From contig OZ024740.1 of assembly GCA_964016885.1 (NCBI GenBank), forward strand, positions 233,926,001 through 233,990,000: 64,000 nt of DNA, written 5' to 3'. Position 1 is the stretch's first letter, and each line of letters begins with the position of its first letter. Of the stretch, positions 13,520-26,560 are shown piece after piece. Under the pieces are notes generated by a model. It ran no database searches. It had not been told where the DNA came from and saw only the letters and a program-made list of their open reading frames with translations. Made by a program: the position numbers and the translations under genes. Source of the DNA: Eledone cirrhosa. Lineage: Eukaryota.

Positions 13520-13677
13520 CAATATTCCAATTGCTCTTGCATTGGTGGGATGGGCACAGCTACTTACGGCGCATGTCCAGCAGACTGTAATGGTGGTTTG
13601 TACATAACGATTCTCTCTTCATTACATTCATTATTAGTAGGAATCACAGCCAGTCCACATACGATCATTATACTAAG
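13520..13677 (+). CDS. SLCO: SLCO/OATP exon (end of Cys-rich loop, TM10)
   Basis: ttttcag|...ctaag|gtatg; 158 nt; QYSNCSCIGG...GACPADC...IIILR. Confidence 0.92.
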
Positions 13678-13717
13678 GTATGTTATCTTGTTTTCTTTCT
13701 TTTTGCTTTACGTCGCA

Positions 13718-13804
<87 letters not shown>

Positions 13805-13810
<6 letters not shown>

Positions 13811-14335
13811 GACGTAAAATAAGAAAATATTAAAAATTAAAATTTAACTTACTAAAATTTTCACTCCAACTAATTAGTTTCTGTAATGGGATATACCATC
13901 CCACTCCTTCTGACTAGCCTCAGTGTCACGTGATTGATTCTTTAGAATCTGCCACTTGTCCAGAGATAGTGAACTTTTTCAGTGCTATGGAATTTAGTCC
14001 TCGCTAGCTGTTCCATCCACCGAATTATTATTTTTATATGAGTCCCTAGTGTCCGCGCATTGCCTGGAGACTTAGCTGAGAATAGACTCCCTGATGACGG
14101 AATGAATTCTCGATGGTTACATTGCGTAACTATCTTTATCCCATTACAGAAACTAATTAGTTGGAGTGAAAATTTTAGTAAGTAAGTTAATTTTTAATTT
14201 TTAAAATTTTCTTATTTTACGTCTTTCATATAATTGTTCTGCATCCTCCTGCATTGAACCACCTGGGTACTATGACATAACTTGTGTATTTGCTAGCATT
14301 AGTGTATATCTGTACGCATATGTTGGTAAATATAC
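13805..14335 (+). mobile_element. Penelope-like non-coding element with 5' inverted segment (homologue at ~36640-37047)
   Basis: 13805-13893 is the reverse complement of ~14138-14231; (TA)n flanks; clear homology to 36730-37047. Confidence 0.6.
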
Positions 14336-14876
14336 TAATTCTCTCTCTCTCTATATATATATATATGAATGAAAATAGACCGTGGTCTGCTGATTATCAT
14401 TGGTATTTCTTCGCATTAAAGACCAGATACCTCAAAATCAGTGCGAGCGATAACTAAAATAAGTTATCGTGACAGAGCGAATTGGAAGGGAAAAGTAAAC
14501 AAACAACATGGTAGTAATGCAACGTAAAGAGAGGAAAAGAGAGACGAGTCAATGAGTCTTGTGGACTTAAGTCCGAACAAATCAATCGACGAGAAGAGAC
14601 AGACACGTCCGAACCACGCGACAAGTGAGAGAGAAGAGGATTTCACACAGGTCAGATGGGAGGAAGTGAGGGAGGGGGAGTAGCAGAGAGTGAGTGAGTG
14701 AAAGTGTGAGGAAGAGGACAGCCGAGAGAGTTTGTGACCAACAGCGGGGGTGAAGGGAAGCAAGAGGTACAAGGAGAGAGAAAGAGGATAGCAGTAAGGT
14801 GATAGAAAAAATACGAACCACAGCGAGGGGAAAAAATTATATGTGAATGAAAAACTGGCATGCTGCGTTAATGCGA

Positions 14877-14986
<110 letters not shown>

Positions 14987-15182
14987 GTTCAAGATCAAAA
15001 ATGACAAACGTAGAACGCTCAGAATTACATATTGCAGCGAATATGAATAAACGAAATTAATTTTAACCTGTTGACTTACACTTCTTGTTTTAAATTACTC
15101 CGGAGGAGACAGACTCACCTTCGTTGAGTGCTTTAACCTGCACACAGAAGTTTCGGTAAGCAACCAACCCAAACTCAAATTT

Positions 15183-15219
<37 letters not shown>

Positions 15220-15278
15220 AAATTAAATTAAGGGTGTCATGCCTGAGAGATATGCGCCATATATATATATATATATAT

Positions 15279-15938
15279 AAATGTAAGTATGCATGTATGT
15301 ATATGTACATACATATATGTATACAAACGTACAGTAGTATGTACATATATACACACATGCACACACATATATATATATGCACGTATCGGTTTACCGAACA
15401 TTTATTATAATGCTCGGTGTGTTTGCTTGTAAACAAACAAACAGACCGAACTACGCCGTACAGCGTTTAGGCAACCACGTCACCTTTCTGTTCAACACTG
15501 ACTCAGGAACGATGTACTAGTTTCAAGCCCATTAGCCATCGTCAGCATCGTATACCGTCCTGCCAGATGGTTGAACGTCTGAAAGTATATACTTTCCTTA
15601 TGCATATTAACGGCTGAGCAGTCTAATTTGCATATCGAGTGAGTTCAGTCGGCCGGGCGCACCGAAAACGATAAATGGAATAGAATGAAACGAAATTTCA
15701 TTTCTCACTCTTAGTACGGCACTTACTTAAATGTAAATATGTATGTATACGTACATACATATATATATACAGACGTACAGTAGTATGTATATATATATAC
15801 ACACATGCACACACATATATATATGCACGTATCGGTTTACCGAACATTTATTATAATGCTCGGTTTGTTTGCTTGTAAACATTTAAGTAAGTGCCGTACT
15901 AAGAGTGAGAAATGAAATTTCGTTTCATTCTATTCCAT
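15279..15938 (-). mobile_element. ORF-less hammerhead-bearing element (about 450-nt unit, 1.3 copies, plus inverted end)
   Basis: Direct repeat 15281-15434 / 15731-15880; inverted repeat ~15675-15734 / 15879-15938; HHR inside; (TA)n flanks. Confidence 0.7.
15509..15551 (-). ncRNA. Minimal type I hammerhead ribozyme
   Basis: acgatg-CTGACGA-tggctaatgggctt-GAAA-ctag-TA-catcgt: 6-bp stem I, intact core, palindromic stem III. Confidence 0.85.
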
Positions 15939-16065
15939 ATATATATATAGATATAGATATCTCAAGTTAAGTATGTTTTGAAAACAGTGAGCGAGTTTGA
16001 AAATTAGAAATATAAGCTTTCACCGTATTTTCGACTATCAAAAATACGGTGAAAGCTTATATTTC

Positions 16066-16139
<74 letters not shown>

Positions 16140-16322
16140 AGTTTTGTTGGTTTACCACTGGATAGAACTGGTAATTCCGTATGGTCAACCTCGATGTAAT
16201 ATTATGGAGAGCACTCAACGTAATACAACTCACCCGTCTTCGTTTAAGTAGTTGGTGGTGCGAGTACGGAGTTAATTATTATAAAATAACAGGAGGCTGG
16301 ACTGGTGTAAATCCTTGGAAGG

Positions 16323-19300
16323 TTTCTGTCCGTCTGGAGGTCTGGACCGAACCAGACCCCTAGCAATTTAATCGGTTCGTCCGTCCAGCACCCGACGACG
16401 CTGTTGGACGGCACAGACCTGCTTCTCCAAGTTGCTGAGCTGCAGGCCCACCGACTTTGTCTGGTAGATCATCTCTCCTGTCACCGCCTTGTATTCTCTT
16501 AGTGTATTGCCGATCGCCTCGATGTGTTTGGCGTTCGACACCACTATGGTGACATCGTCTGCATATGCTGACACGGATCTTCCGCATCCCAGTTCACGCG
16601 GGACCCCCTCAACGCCTCCAGTTTGTGCAGTAATGACTCGAGAGTTAATACGTACAACAGGGACGGGAGGGGAAATCCTTGGAGAACCGAGCGCATGATG
16701 TTTAACGGTTCCGAAAGGTGACCGTTTACTCTCACCACAGAGCAGATGTCGCTGTACATGGCAGCGATCCAGGCTCTGAAGACGGGCCCAAGGCCAGCCG
16801 CCTACAGGACTGCCGCCAGATAACGATGGTCGATCCTATTGAAAGCTTTTGACTGATCTAAATTGACCAAGGACCCACCCGTACCAGGTTCCCTAGCTAC
16901 CCTCTCCACGATGTATCGCATGAGGTGTAGGTTGTCGTGGATGGATCTGTCTGGAATGGCGAATGTCTGCGCCTCTCCTACCAGACCACCAACGACAAGC
17001 AACAACCTCTTTGCTAGAACCTTGGCCAAAATCTTGAACTCTGTGTTTAGCAGGGCCTGGAATTATATATGTTATCCCCCTTGTTCGGATCCTTTCTCAG
17101 CAGCGCCACTGCTCCTCGGCGCACAGAGCTGGGAACTCTCCCGTTCTGTTGACAGTTGCAGTAGAGGTCCGCCAAGATGTCTCCGAACAAGTCTGGCATG
17201 TGTACGTAAAATTCGTAGAGCAGTCCATCCAAACCAGACGATTTACCCCTTGTGCAGCCAGTCATTGCCTCCCGTACTTCAGCGGTTGTTATCGGCTTTT
17301 TGCAATACTCCGCCTCAGTGGCCGAGAGCCGCGGCAACCGTCGAGGTAGGCACTAAAATCCTACCCGCGATCCGGCCCGCCGCTGCCCCCGAACAGCTGA
17401 GCGAAGTGTCGCTGAAAAGCTTCACACATTTGCCCAGGATCGAGTAGCATGCGCCTGTCGTGGTCCATCAAAAACCGGATCGTTGCTTTGTTGCCATGAC
17501 GCGCCTCCGCCACTCGGGCCCATTGAACGGCTTTCGTCCCCTCGTGTCTGAGAGCACGTATCCTAGCTCTGACAACGCAGCCTTCGTACTTTGCATTGAA
17601 GAATTGGTGGAGGGATAATTTAGCCGCAAGCAAGTCGGTCACGAAGCCTTTACTAAGCGCCTCGTCTAATTTTCCAACTAGTTCTCCCTCTGCTCTATTT
17701 TTCTCTATTTGTAACGACTTGCTAAACCTAATGGATTCTATTCTAATCGCTCTTTTCAGAGCAAACCACCATTTGTTGTTGACGTTGGCCCCGTCAACGC
17801 CCGCTTAACTAGTTCGGTAATCCGGTCTCTGTAGGCCTTGCACGATGTTAACGACGGGTTTAGCTTCCAGTAGCCGGCTCCCTGTCTATGAAGCTTATCT
17901 AAGTTAACCTCACAGATCACGAATTTGTGGTCTGTGTAGTCGACTATTTTGAATTGTGGACAGCCTATGCTAGACCTATTTATTTCCCTACAAAATACCC
18001 TATCTAGATATGATCTGGATGACCTGATACGGTTTGTCCATGTTCACGTTGGCACATTCGGGAAATCCAGACAGCTGAAAACGTCTGAGCAGGTTTGCGA
18101 GGCTTTTACACCCTCCTCCCCTATCCACTAATCCCACACAGTCCCAGCGTGCATCTAAGATCCCGTTCCAGTCGCCCACTAACACTAAAGAGCGAGACGT
18201 TCCAAGAAAAGTCTCCAGACGCCGGAAGAAATCTGGCCGCTCTGCTCCTGTCGGTAGACGACCACTAGCCTGAAAGCTTGCCTTTCTCCGCTGGTCACGT
18301 CCAGCACCACCAACTTACCTTCTGCTCCAGGAAGATGGCCCGTATAGTGAGATCCAAGCCTCTCCGAAAAAGTACAGCAACTGCTCCCTCCGATCCTGGA
18401 CGGCTGGGAGATGCGTATACATCGTAGCCGCCGAAGATCGGTGCGAAGGCTCGTGCTTCAGAGATTCTGGTCTTGCTGATGGCCACCACATCTATGTTTA
18501 GTGACCTGAAGTCGTTGAGAAGGTGGCCCTGCTTCCATGACGACCCCAGACCACGCGCATTTATGCTGCCTATTCTGAGTAAGGTGGTGTTGAAATGGCG
18601 TGGAAATAGATGGGAAAGACCACTTACCTCGCTTCTTGTGGAGGGAGGATGGTTTTTCCGTCCTTCACACTGTTTGTGGCCCCCTCCGGCAGGATGTCTT
18701 TATAAATCGTGTTTGTGGGAAGTCTCCGATATCTTTTGGGAATTTTAATTTTAGTGTCGTGTAAGTTTTCTGTGTGATGCGAGTGATTTGTATGTGTGGG
18801 TGGTGTGAATTTTTGGGGTGTTGTATAGTCTTTTTCTGAGATCCTGGTGTTGTATTGGATGTAGTGTAATAATTGGTTGTTGTATTTCCCATTATGCGCC
18901 CTTTTGGTTGCATTACATTACAGACAAGCAAGCAATCATAGAGTTTTAGTAGTATATAGATAAATAATTGTTTCTACTTTTGGCACAAGGCCAGCAATTA
19001 CCTAGTACATTACTGGTACTTTATTTTATCGACCCCGTAAGGATGAAAGGCAAAGTAAACCTCGGCGGTTGTTGTTCAAATTTAATGCTGTGTAGTGTGT
19101 ATCGTTTTGGTTGCTTTGTTTTGTTTGCGTTTGTTGTAGGTTTGTTTCTCTTTCGCTTGTTGGTGATTTTTGTGGTGTTGGATTTTTGTTGTTGTTGGTT
19201 GAACTTTTTTGTTAGTTTGTTTGTTTGTTTCGCCCTGCATCATTTTGTTTTTTTGGAGGGTGAAGGAAGGGGAATTTTTTCTTTTCTAGTTTTTCTTTTT

Positions 19301-20782
19301 TTTTCTTTTTTCCAGATACAATTTCCCACTCCTCCTCATCGTCACAGTCTGTCTCCAGTCGTGGGAGGTCAGGGAGTGGAAAATCCTCCACATGCGTTGG
19401 TTTTGGTTGTGGAGACGCTGGTGCTAATTCTGGCGCGATGGGTGGTGGTGGTGTTGGTTTTGCTACTATGCTGCTACAGTTGCTGCTGTTGTTGTTGCTA
19501 CAGTTGTTGCTGCCATTTCTGCTGCTGGTTTTGATGGTTGAGTTACTGGGGTTGGCAGGAGAGGTGGCGTCAACTTTTTGGCCTGAGGGCAGAAGGCCTT
19601 TAGATGGGTCCCTTCGCCACAAACGACACGCCTATGCCTTCTACCCTCAACGATTACGGTGAGGTGGCTGCCGTCATTGAGATCTATCACCTCTGGAATT
19701 TCCTGTATGTTTTTTTTGGTCCGCTTCGATCAGGAGCTCCATTCCAGATCCGGACCAGTTCTCCTGTTTTATTTTGAGCACCTCGATTACTTTTGTGTCG
19801 GCCTCGATCTCGGTGAAGACGGCAGCCATTAGCCAGGGAATTTCAATGGCCGGAGAAACCTGGGTCACCCTGATCCTTACCATCCTCTGACCACAATAGC
19901 TAGAGACGAGTGTGAACTCGTCACTTTTTTAATGGGGCCATGGAGTGCTCTCTGGCTTCCTGTGGGGTTCCAAAGAACACGTCCACAGTTCCATATATTT
20001 GCACACGTCTGATGTGGGTTTTTTGATCCCACACATGTCCCAAAGCTTTTTGTATCTGGGACTCAGATGCCCGTTCCACTCGGCGTGTTTTAATATTTAT
20101 TGTGCGATATGATACGGTGCATAGGCGCCGATGATTCATGGTATTAGATCGGTGGGGGGAGGCTGACCCTGTAACCATATTTTTTTACCATTCGCTTGGC
20201 TTCATTCAATTCTTCCTGGCTTACCTCAACCTTTTCGTTTTTGTTTGCCGCTTTAGCAAACGACACATTTGGTTTTGCACTGGTGTTGATGTTCTTGTTG
20301 TTATTCTTATTGTTGCTGTTGTTGCTGTTGTTATTTTTGTTATTATTATTTTTAGTTTCAGTTGTGGTGGTGGTGGTGATGGTCGTGGTGGTGGTGGTGT
20401 CACTGGCGTTCGGCGTGGAAGAGTCGATTTTGGGAGAATCCATTTCGCTATCACGAGATAATAATTTATTTTTTGTTTCAGTTGTTGCTGTGTTGGTGGT
20501 GGTGGTGGCGGTAGATGTTAGTCTGTTAGAAACGCTGTCAGTAGATTTGGGTAGCTGAATGCCGTACATATTTTTTTTTGCATAGAAATTTTTGTTTGAT
20601 AAAAGGAAGTTTAAATTATGGGCTCAAGCCCCAATATTATTGAGTGTCCTTTTCAGAAAGCAATATATATGAACTTATAAACACTTAACAACAAAAATGT
20701 TCCATAACTGGTAATTTGAAACAACTGAAAACAACAAACCTTTGTGGAGGTCACGATAATACGATTTCCTACGTAGGTCGCC
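16323..20782 (-). mobile_element. L1-Tx1 clade LINE copy E1 (intact 5' end, 3'-truncated, frameshifted), in SLCO intron
   Basis: ORF1 remnants (N/T-rich N-terminus, CGEGTHLKAFCP knuckle); ORF2 AP-endonuclease (GDWNGILD) and RT (LDQSKAFNRIDH, SAYADDVT); 5' end abuts (TTA)n. Confidence 0.9.
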
Positions 20783-20880
20783 AATAATAATAATGCTTTC
20801 GTTATTTATTTATTTTTTTTATTATTATTATTTTTTATTTTTTTATTTATTCATAAATAAATAAAAAAAAATAAAATAAA

Positions 20881-23800
20881 TAATAATGATGATTTTTATT
20901 GGCCTCAAGGGCTGACATCAAGAAAAACATTACAGAGGGTACAGGACGGTACGATGTGGGTTTTGTGCGTGTAAAGATTTTTATTATTTATATAAGAAAA
21001 GAAAAAAAGACAGAAACATATATATATACTCAAGGGCGGTGCCCCAGCATGGCCTCAGCCGGATGGCTGAAACAGGTAAAAGAGGTAAAAGAGATATATA
21101 AACAATAAAAATGAAAATTGAAACAATAAAACATTCCCTAATAGGGGGTAAACCTTCGAGGGTTACTCGTGGCGAAAACAACACAGAGACCACGGCCAAG
21201 CGCCCTCTCTCAATTTTTTCCAATTCCTCAAACTACAAGCGTATATTCAGAGCGGTCCCGTTCACTCGGACCATTCTCGCTACATTCACCCACCTTTCAA
21301 CAAACTTGCTAGAAGACAGCACTTGCCTTTCACTCTGATTTTCCTCTTCAAGTGAAACTTGAAAAAGTTAATCAGGGATTCGCCAAAGAGGAAAGTGTTT
21401 GTCTTTAACCCTTTTAACCTTCTCCACCACACAATCTCTTTTGCCATGGCCACCAGGCAGATGAAAACTGCCTGCCCTTCCTCCTCGAAGGAAGACGGCG
21501 AGACCATCTGCACAATGGACTCAGTTGATAACCGGATCCGTCCTAAACGCGACAGCAACTGTTCGACAAGTCAGCAATCCTCGGGCACTGAACGAGTGCG
21601 TGCAGGACGGTTTCATCGTCCTGCGCGCATCTCGGACAGGCTCGGCTGACAACACCTCCGTGCCTGTAGAGCTTATCCCGAACCGGCAACGCTCCCCGGT
21701 AGCACTGACAGGCCAGGGATTTCTGGAAATTGTCCATAGGCCCTGGGCTGATAGTTCTCTTGAAGAGAGCAAACAGCTGCTCGGCTTCGACGCCCATGGT
21801 TTTACTGAGAACGTCGTCGCTCTTCCCTTCTTCGGTCTTTTTCTGATCCGGGACTGCAGCTCCGTCAAGAAGACGAACTAGGGAAAAGTGCGTCTGGCAA
21901 ACGGCGACCACACCTGTTCACCGTCAAAGAAGCACCAGAGATGTCGTAGCCTCAGCGCATGTTTGCGCATCATCAGTTACGGCATGCCCAGTCCTCCACG
22001 CAACGGGCGCTGACAGCAGATGGATCGTTTGACCATGGGAGCACGTCCCTTCCACAAAAAATGGAAGAGAAGGCGTTCCATTTTGCTCAGAGTTGGACGG
22101 GGGAAAGGTACGACGGTCAGGCGGTAGCAGATGACGGACGCGATGTACGCATTTGCCACCTCCGACCGACCTTTCAGAGACAGCCTCCTCGCAGCCCATT
22201 TCTGGGTGAGAGCAGCCACTCTGCTCGTCACCTCGCGCCAGTTTTTCTCCATCTGGAGGTCCGGACCGAACCAGACCCCGAGCAATTTAACCAGTCCTTC
22301 CATCCAGCGCACCACGACGCAGTCGGACGGCATGGACTTGCCTCTCCAGGTGCCGAGCTGCAAGCCTACCGCTTTTCCTGGTTTACCTTTGACCCTGTCA
22401 CCGCTTCGTATTCCTTGAGAGCGGTGCTGAGCATCTGGACGTGTTCGGTGCTCGACACCACCACGGTGACGTCGTCGGCGTAAGCCGACACGGATCTCCC
22501 GCATCCCAGTTCGCGAGGGACCCCTCCTCATTTTCTCCAATTTGTGCAGTAATGGCTCGAGGGCCAGTATGTACAAGAGGGCGGATCGAGCGCATGATGC
22601 TGAACGGCTGCGACAGGTGACCATTCACCCTCACAATCGATCAGATGTTGCTGTGTATCGCAGCGATCCAGCCTCTAAAAACGGGCCCGAAGCCGGCCGC
22701 CTCGAGGACAGCAGCCAGGGACCGATGGTCGACCGTATCAAATGCTTCAGATTGATCCAAGTTGTTCAGGGCCCCACCCGTGCCAGGTTCCTTAACCACA
22801 CTCTCTATGATGTATCGCATGAGATGGAGGTTGTCGTGGATGGATCTGTCCGGAATGACGCATGTATTCGCCTCTCCCACCAGATCATCGACGACAAGCG
22901 CCAATCTCTTTGCTAACACCTTGGCCAAAATCTTGAACTCTGTGTTTAGCAGAGTTAGGGGCCTGAAGTTGTCTATAGCGTCCCCTTTGTACAGGTTTTT
23001 TCTCAGCAGCACCACCACTCCTCGGCTCACAAAATTGGGAATGTTCCCGTTCTGCTTCCAGTTGCAGTAGACGTCTGCCAAGCGGTCGCCGAACAAGTTT
23101 GGCATGTACGCATAAAGCTTGTAGTGTAGACCATCCAAACCTGGCGATTTACCACACGTGCAGTTAGACATCGCTTCCCGTATTTCACCTGCTGTTATCG
23201 GCCTTTCGCACAACTGCGCTGCGGTCGCCGAAAGCTGCGGCAGTCCGTCAAGGTATGCATACTCCGATCCTGCCCACCGCCGCCCCCGAACAATCGAGCA
23301 AAGTGCTGTTGAAAAGCTGCACACATCTGCTCGGGTTCGAGCAACAAGCACCCGTTTTGATCAGGCAAAGACCGTATTGTGGATTTGTTGCCACGTCGCG
23401 CCTCCACCACCCGGGCCCATTGAACGGCTTTCGTCCCCTCGTGTCTCAGAGCATGCGCTCTAGCTCTGACAACGCATCCTTCATGCTTTGCGTTGAAGAA
23501 TTGGTCGAGTGCCAATCACGCCAATCTTAAATTGTGGACTACCTATACTAGCCTTATCTGTTTCCCTACAGAATACTCTATCTAAATACGACCTGGATGA
23601 CCCGCCCGATGCGGTTTGCCCATGTCCACATTGGTACATTCGGTTAATCCAGTCTATACCTTTCAAGAAGTTCAAAACGTCTGAGCAGGTTGTTGAGGCT
23701 TTTATACCCTCCTATTCTGTCTACTAGCCCCGCATAATCCCACCGTGCATTTAAGATACCGTTCCAGTGGCCCACTAATACTAAGGAGCGGGACGTTCCA

Positions 23801-26459
23801 AGAAAGGTCTCTAGACGTCTGAAGAAATCTGGCAGTCCTGCCCTGTTGGGGCGTAGGCGGCCACTAGTCTGAAAGCATTGCCTTCGCTGCCGCCCACGTC
23901 CAGCACCACCAACTTACCTTCTGTGTCCAGGAAGATGGCCCGTATGGCGAGATCCAAGCCTCTCCGAAAAAACACAGTAACCCCCCCCCCCCCCCCGATC
24001 CTGGACGGCTGGGAGATGCGTATACATCGTAGCCGCCAAAGATCGGTGCGGAGGCTCGTGCTTCGGAGATTCTGGTCTTGTTGATGGCCACCACGTCTAT
24101 GTTTAGTGATCTGAGGTCGTTGAGCAGGTGACCCTGCTTCCAAGATGACCCCAAGCCACGTGCATTTATGCTGCCTATTCTAAGTACGGCCATGTTGGAT
24201 GAGGAACGGGGCAAGTGAGAAAGGGTCACTTACCTTGATCGTGTGGGGAACGGACAGAGGATCTTCCCCTCGGTTGGTCATGGGTGTCTCCAAGACGATA
24301 TCTTTGTAGATTCATTTGGAGTGTGACCCTCTGAAAGCCCCAACTGCGTTGGGGAATTTTTGTTTTAATTGTTGGTAGTTTTCGAGTTCAATTCCTACAA
24401 TGTTAATGATTTTGATAATGTTCTTGGTGTTGGTGGTGTGTGGTTATTTACGTCTGAAATATCGGTGTGATGTTTTATGTGTTCCATTAGTCCTTGGGGT
24501 GCAATGTTTATGGCTGTGTACTTTTTGGGGGAAGGGGTGGTTTTATTGTTGTTTTCTTGTTGTTGCTGTTGGGTATGTGTGCTTTGTTGTTGCTGTTGGG
24601 TATGTGTGCTTTGTTGTGTTTGTGATGTTGGTGTTTTTGGTGATGTTGGTGGAGGTGTGGTTGTTGTTGGTGATGATGGTGATTTTGGTGGTGTTGCTGC
24701 AAGTCTCCTTGCAGTCTTTATTCTTCTTTCTTTGCCTTCGCTTTTGGAGGGAGGAGCTGTGGTGTTTTTTCGTTTGTTTTTTTTTCCTTTTTGTTTTTGT
24801 TAACAACCGTTTTCCACTCCTCAGCCGCTTTATACTCCATATCCGACTGTGAGAGGTCGGGGAGGGGTATGAGTTCTACCCTCTCATTTGTCTTTGTAGT
24901 TGTTGGTGGTGGAGTCTGGTTTGCTGCTTCTGGCACAAGTGCAGCTAGTGCAACTGTTACTGTTGTTGCAGCTGCCGTCGCTGTTTTTGTTGTCCGTGGC
25001 TTTGGTGTGGGTACCACGGACGTTGTTTTCTTATTCTCTGTAGAAGCTTTCAATGTTTTCGTTGACTGCTCTGTTTCTGATGGCAGTGGTTCCGGCATTG
25101 GAAGGAGGGTGACATTGGCCTTTGTTATTTTCTGTGGGCAGAAAGCCCCGAAGTGAGACTTTGATCCACAGTTAAAGAACTTTGGGCGCCTTCCTTCAAC
25201 GGATATGGGAAGTTGGGAGCCATTCCCGAGATCTATTACGTCAGGAATAGCGCTGATGCAGTCCAGGTCGGTTTGGATGAGCATCTCCATTCCAATACCG
25301 GACCAGTCCTCTCTCCCCAACTTCTGTAACTGCAGAATGGTTGTTTTACCTTCGATGCCCGCTAGAAAAGACACGAGTAGCCAAGGAACGGGTACGTAGG
25401 GCGGGATCTGGGTTACATTGACCTTTGCAATTTTTTCCCGCAGTAAAACGGGATAAACGTTATGTCATCACTCCGTAGGGTCCTCAGTGAGTCCGATGTT
25501 GCTTCCTGGGTGGTAGCAAAAAGGACGTCCACAGTAGCATATTTCTAGCCACGGGTGATGTGGGTTTTCCGTGCCCACACAGTTCCCAAGGCCTTCTGGA
25601 TTTGGGCCTCCAAGGCTTTCTCCACACGACGCGATTTCGTGGCAATCGTGCGGTACGACACTGTGCGTCGCTCTTGTTCCTCCAGGAAGTCGGTTGGTGG
25701 TTTCAAGGATATTGAAAATTCAGTTCTGGTTACCATGTGTCTTGCGACCACCATCTCCTCCTCTGTGATGATGATTGTTTCTACGTTGTGAGTTACCTTT
25801 GCAAAAGAGGTGGTCTCTTTTTCAGTGACGTCATTGTTGCCGCCGCTACTGCTGATACTGGTCTTGTTGTTGGTGCTGTTGCTGTTGCCACTACTACAAA
25901 CGGTGTTGTTGGTGTTGTTGCTGTTATCACCTTTGCAGTTGGTTGTGTTATTGGTACCGCCGTTGTTGTTTTTCTCGGTGCAATTTGTATTGTTGCTGTT
26001 GGTGTTGTCGCTATTTGTTTTCATGTTATTGTTGTTGCATTTGTTGTCATTTTTTCTGTTGTCAGTTACTGTTGTAGTTGGTGTGGTCATTTTTTTTCAA
26101 AATTAGTGTTCTCAGTGTGTTGTCATTGCTGTCTTTGTTCACGTTGTGTGTGGTGGTGTTTGTTGTATCAATTTCTGTGTTCACCGTAAACCTCCTCTCA
26201 ACTTTTACGTCATTGTCACACGACAGCAGACATATCACTGGGAGGCGTGGCTCAGCTATGATTTTTTTTACGATAATTTTTAAATCTAAAAAGTTCAAAT
26301 ATTTGGGCCATAAGGTCCAAACATTATACTTTCCCCTTCACAGGGCAAAGTCCAAGGGCTTATATCCCTTATTCAACAACAGAAATTTTACAATAAATAA
26401 TTCATGACAGGTAAATAAAGAGACTTACGAGAGCGAGCAAAAAGCCGTCCGATCAGACC
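20881..26459 (-). mobile_element. L1-Tx1 clade LINE copy E2, full span but mutated
   Basis: 5'UTR; ORF1 (NCGSKSHFGAFCP); ORF2 with EN (INARGL), RT (RPLTLLNTEFKILAKVLAKRL) and zf-RVT (LPVRDKL...CPRC); AATAAA and (ATT)n tail. Confidence 0.92.
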
Positions 26460-26560
26460 AATAATAATAATAATAATTGTTTCTACTTTTTTAGCACAAG
26501 GCCAGCAATTATCCCATTGCATTACTAGTACTTACAAGGACGAATGGTAACTCTGCGTTA
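26460..26560 (-). mobile_element. SINE remnant whose (ATT)n tail adjoins the 5' end of E2
   Basis: aataattgtttctact..gcacaaggccagcaatt. Confidence 0.7.

Noticed and set aside
14091-14135. CTGATGA hammerhead-like start (also 36921, 31689, 57220)
   Set aside because: GAAA or core bases and stem I are not intact, so a ribozyme cannot be supported
19438-26407. Hydrophobic plus-strand ORFs rich in L/V/C
   Set aside because: Antisense shadows of the N/T/K-rich Tx1 ORF1
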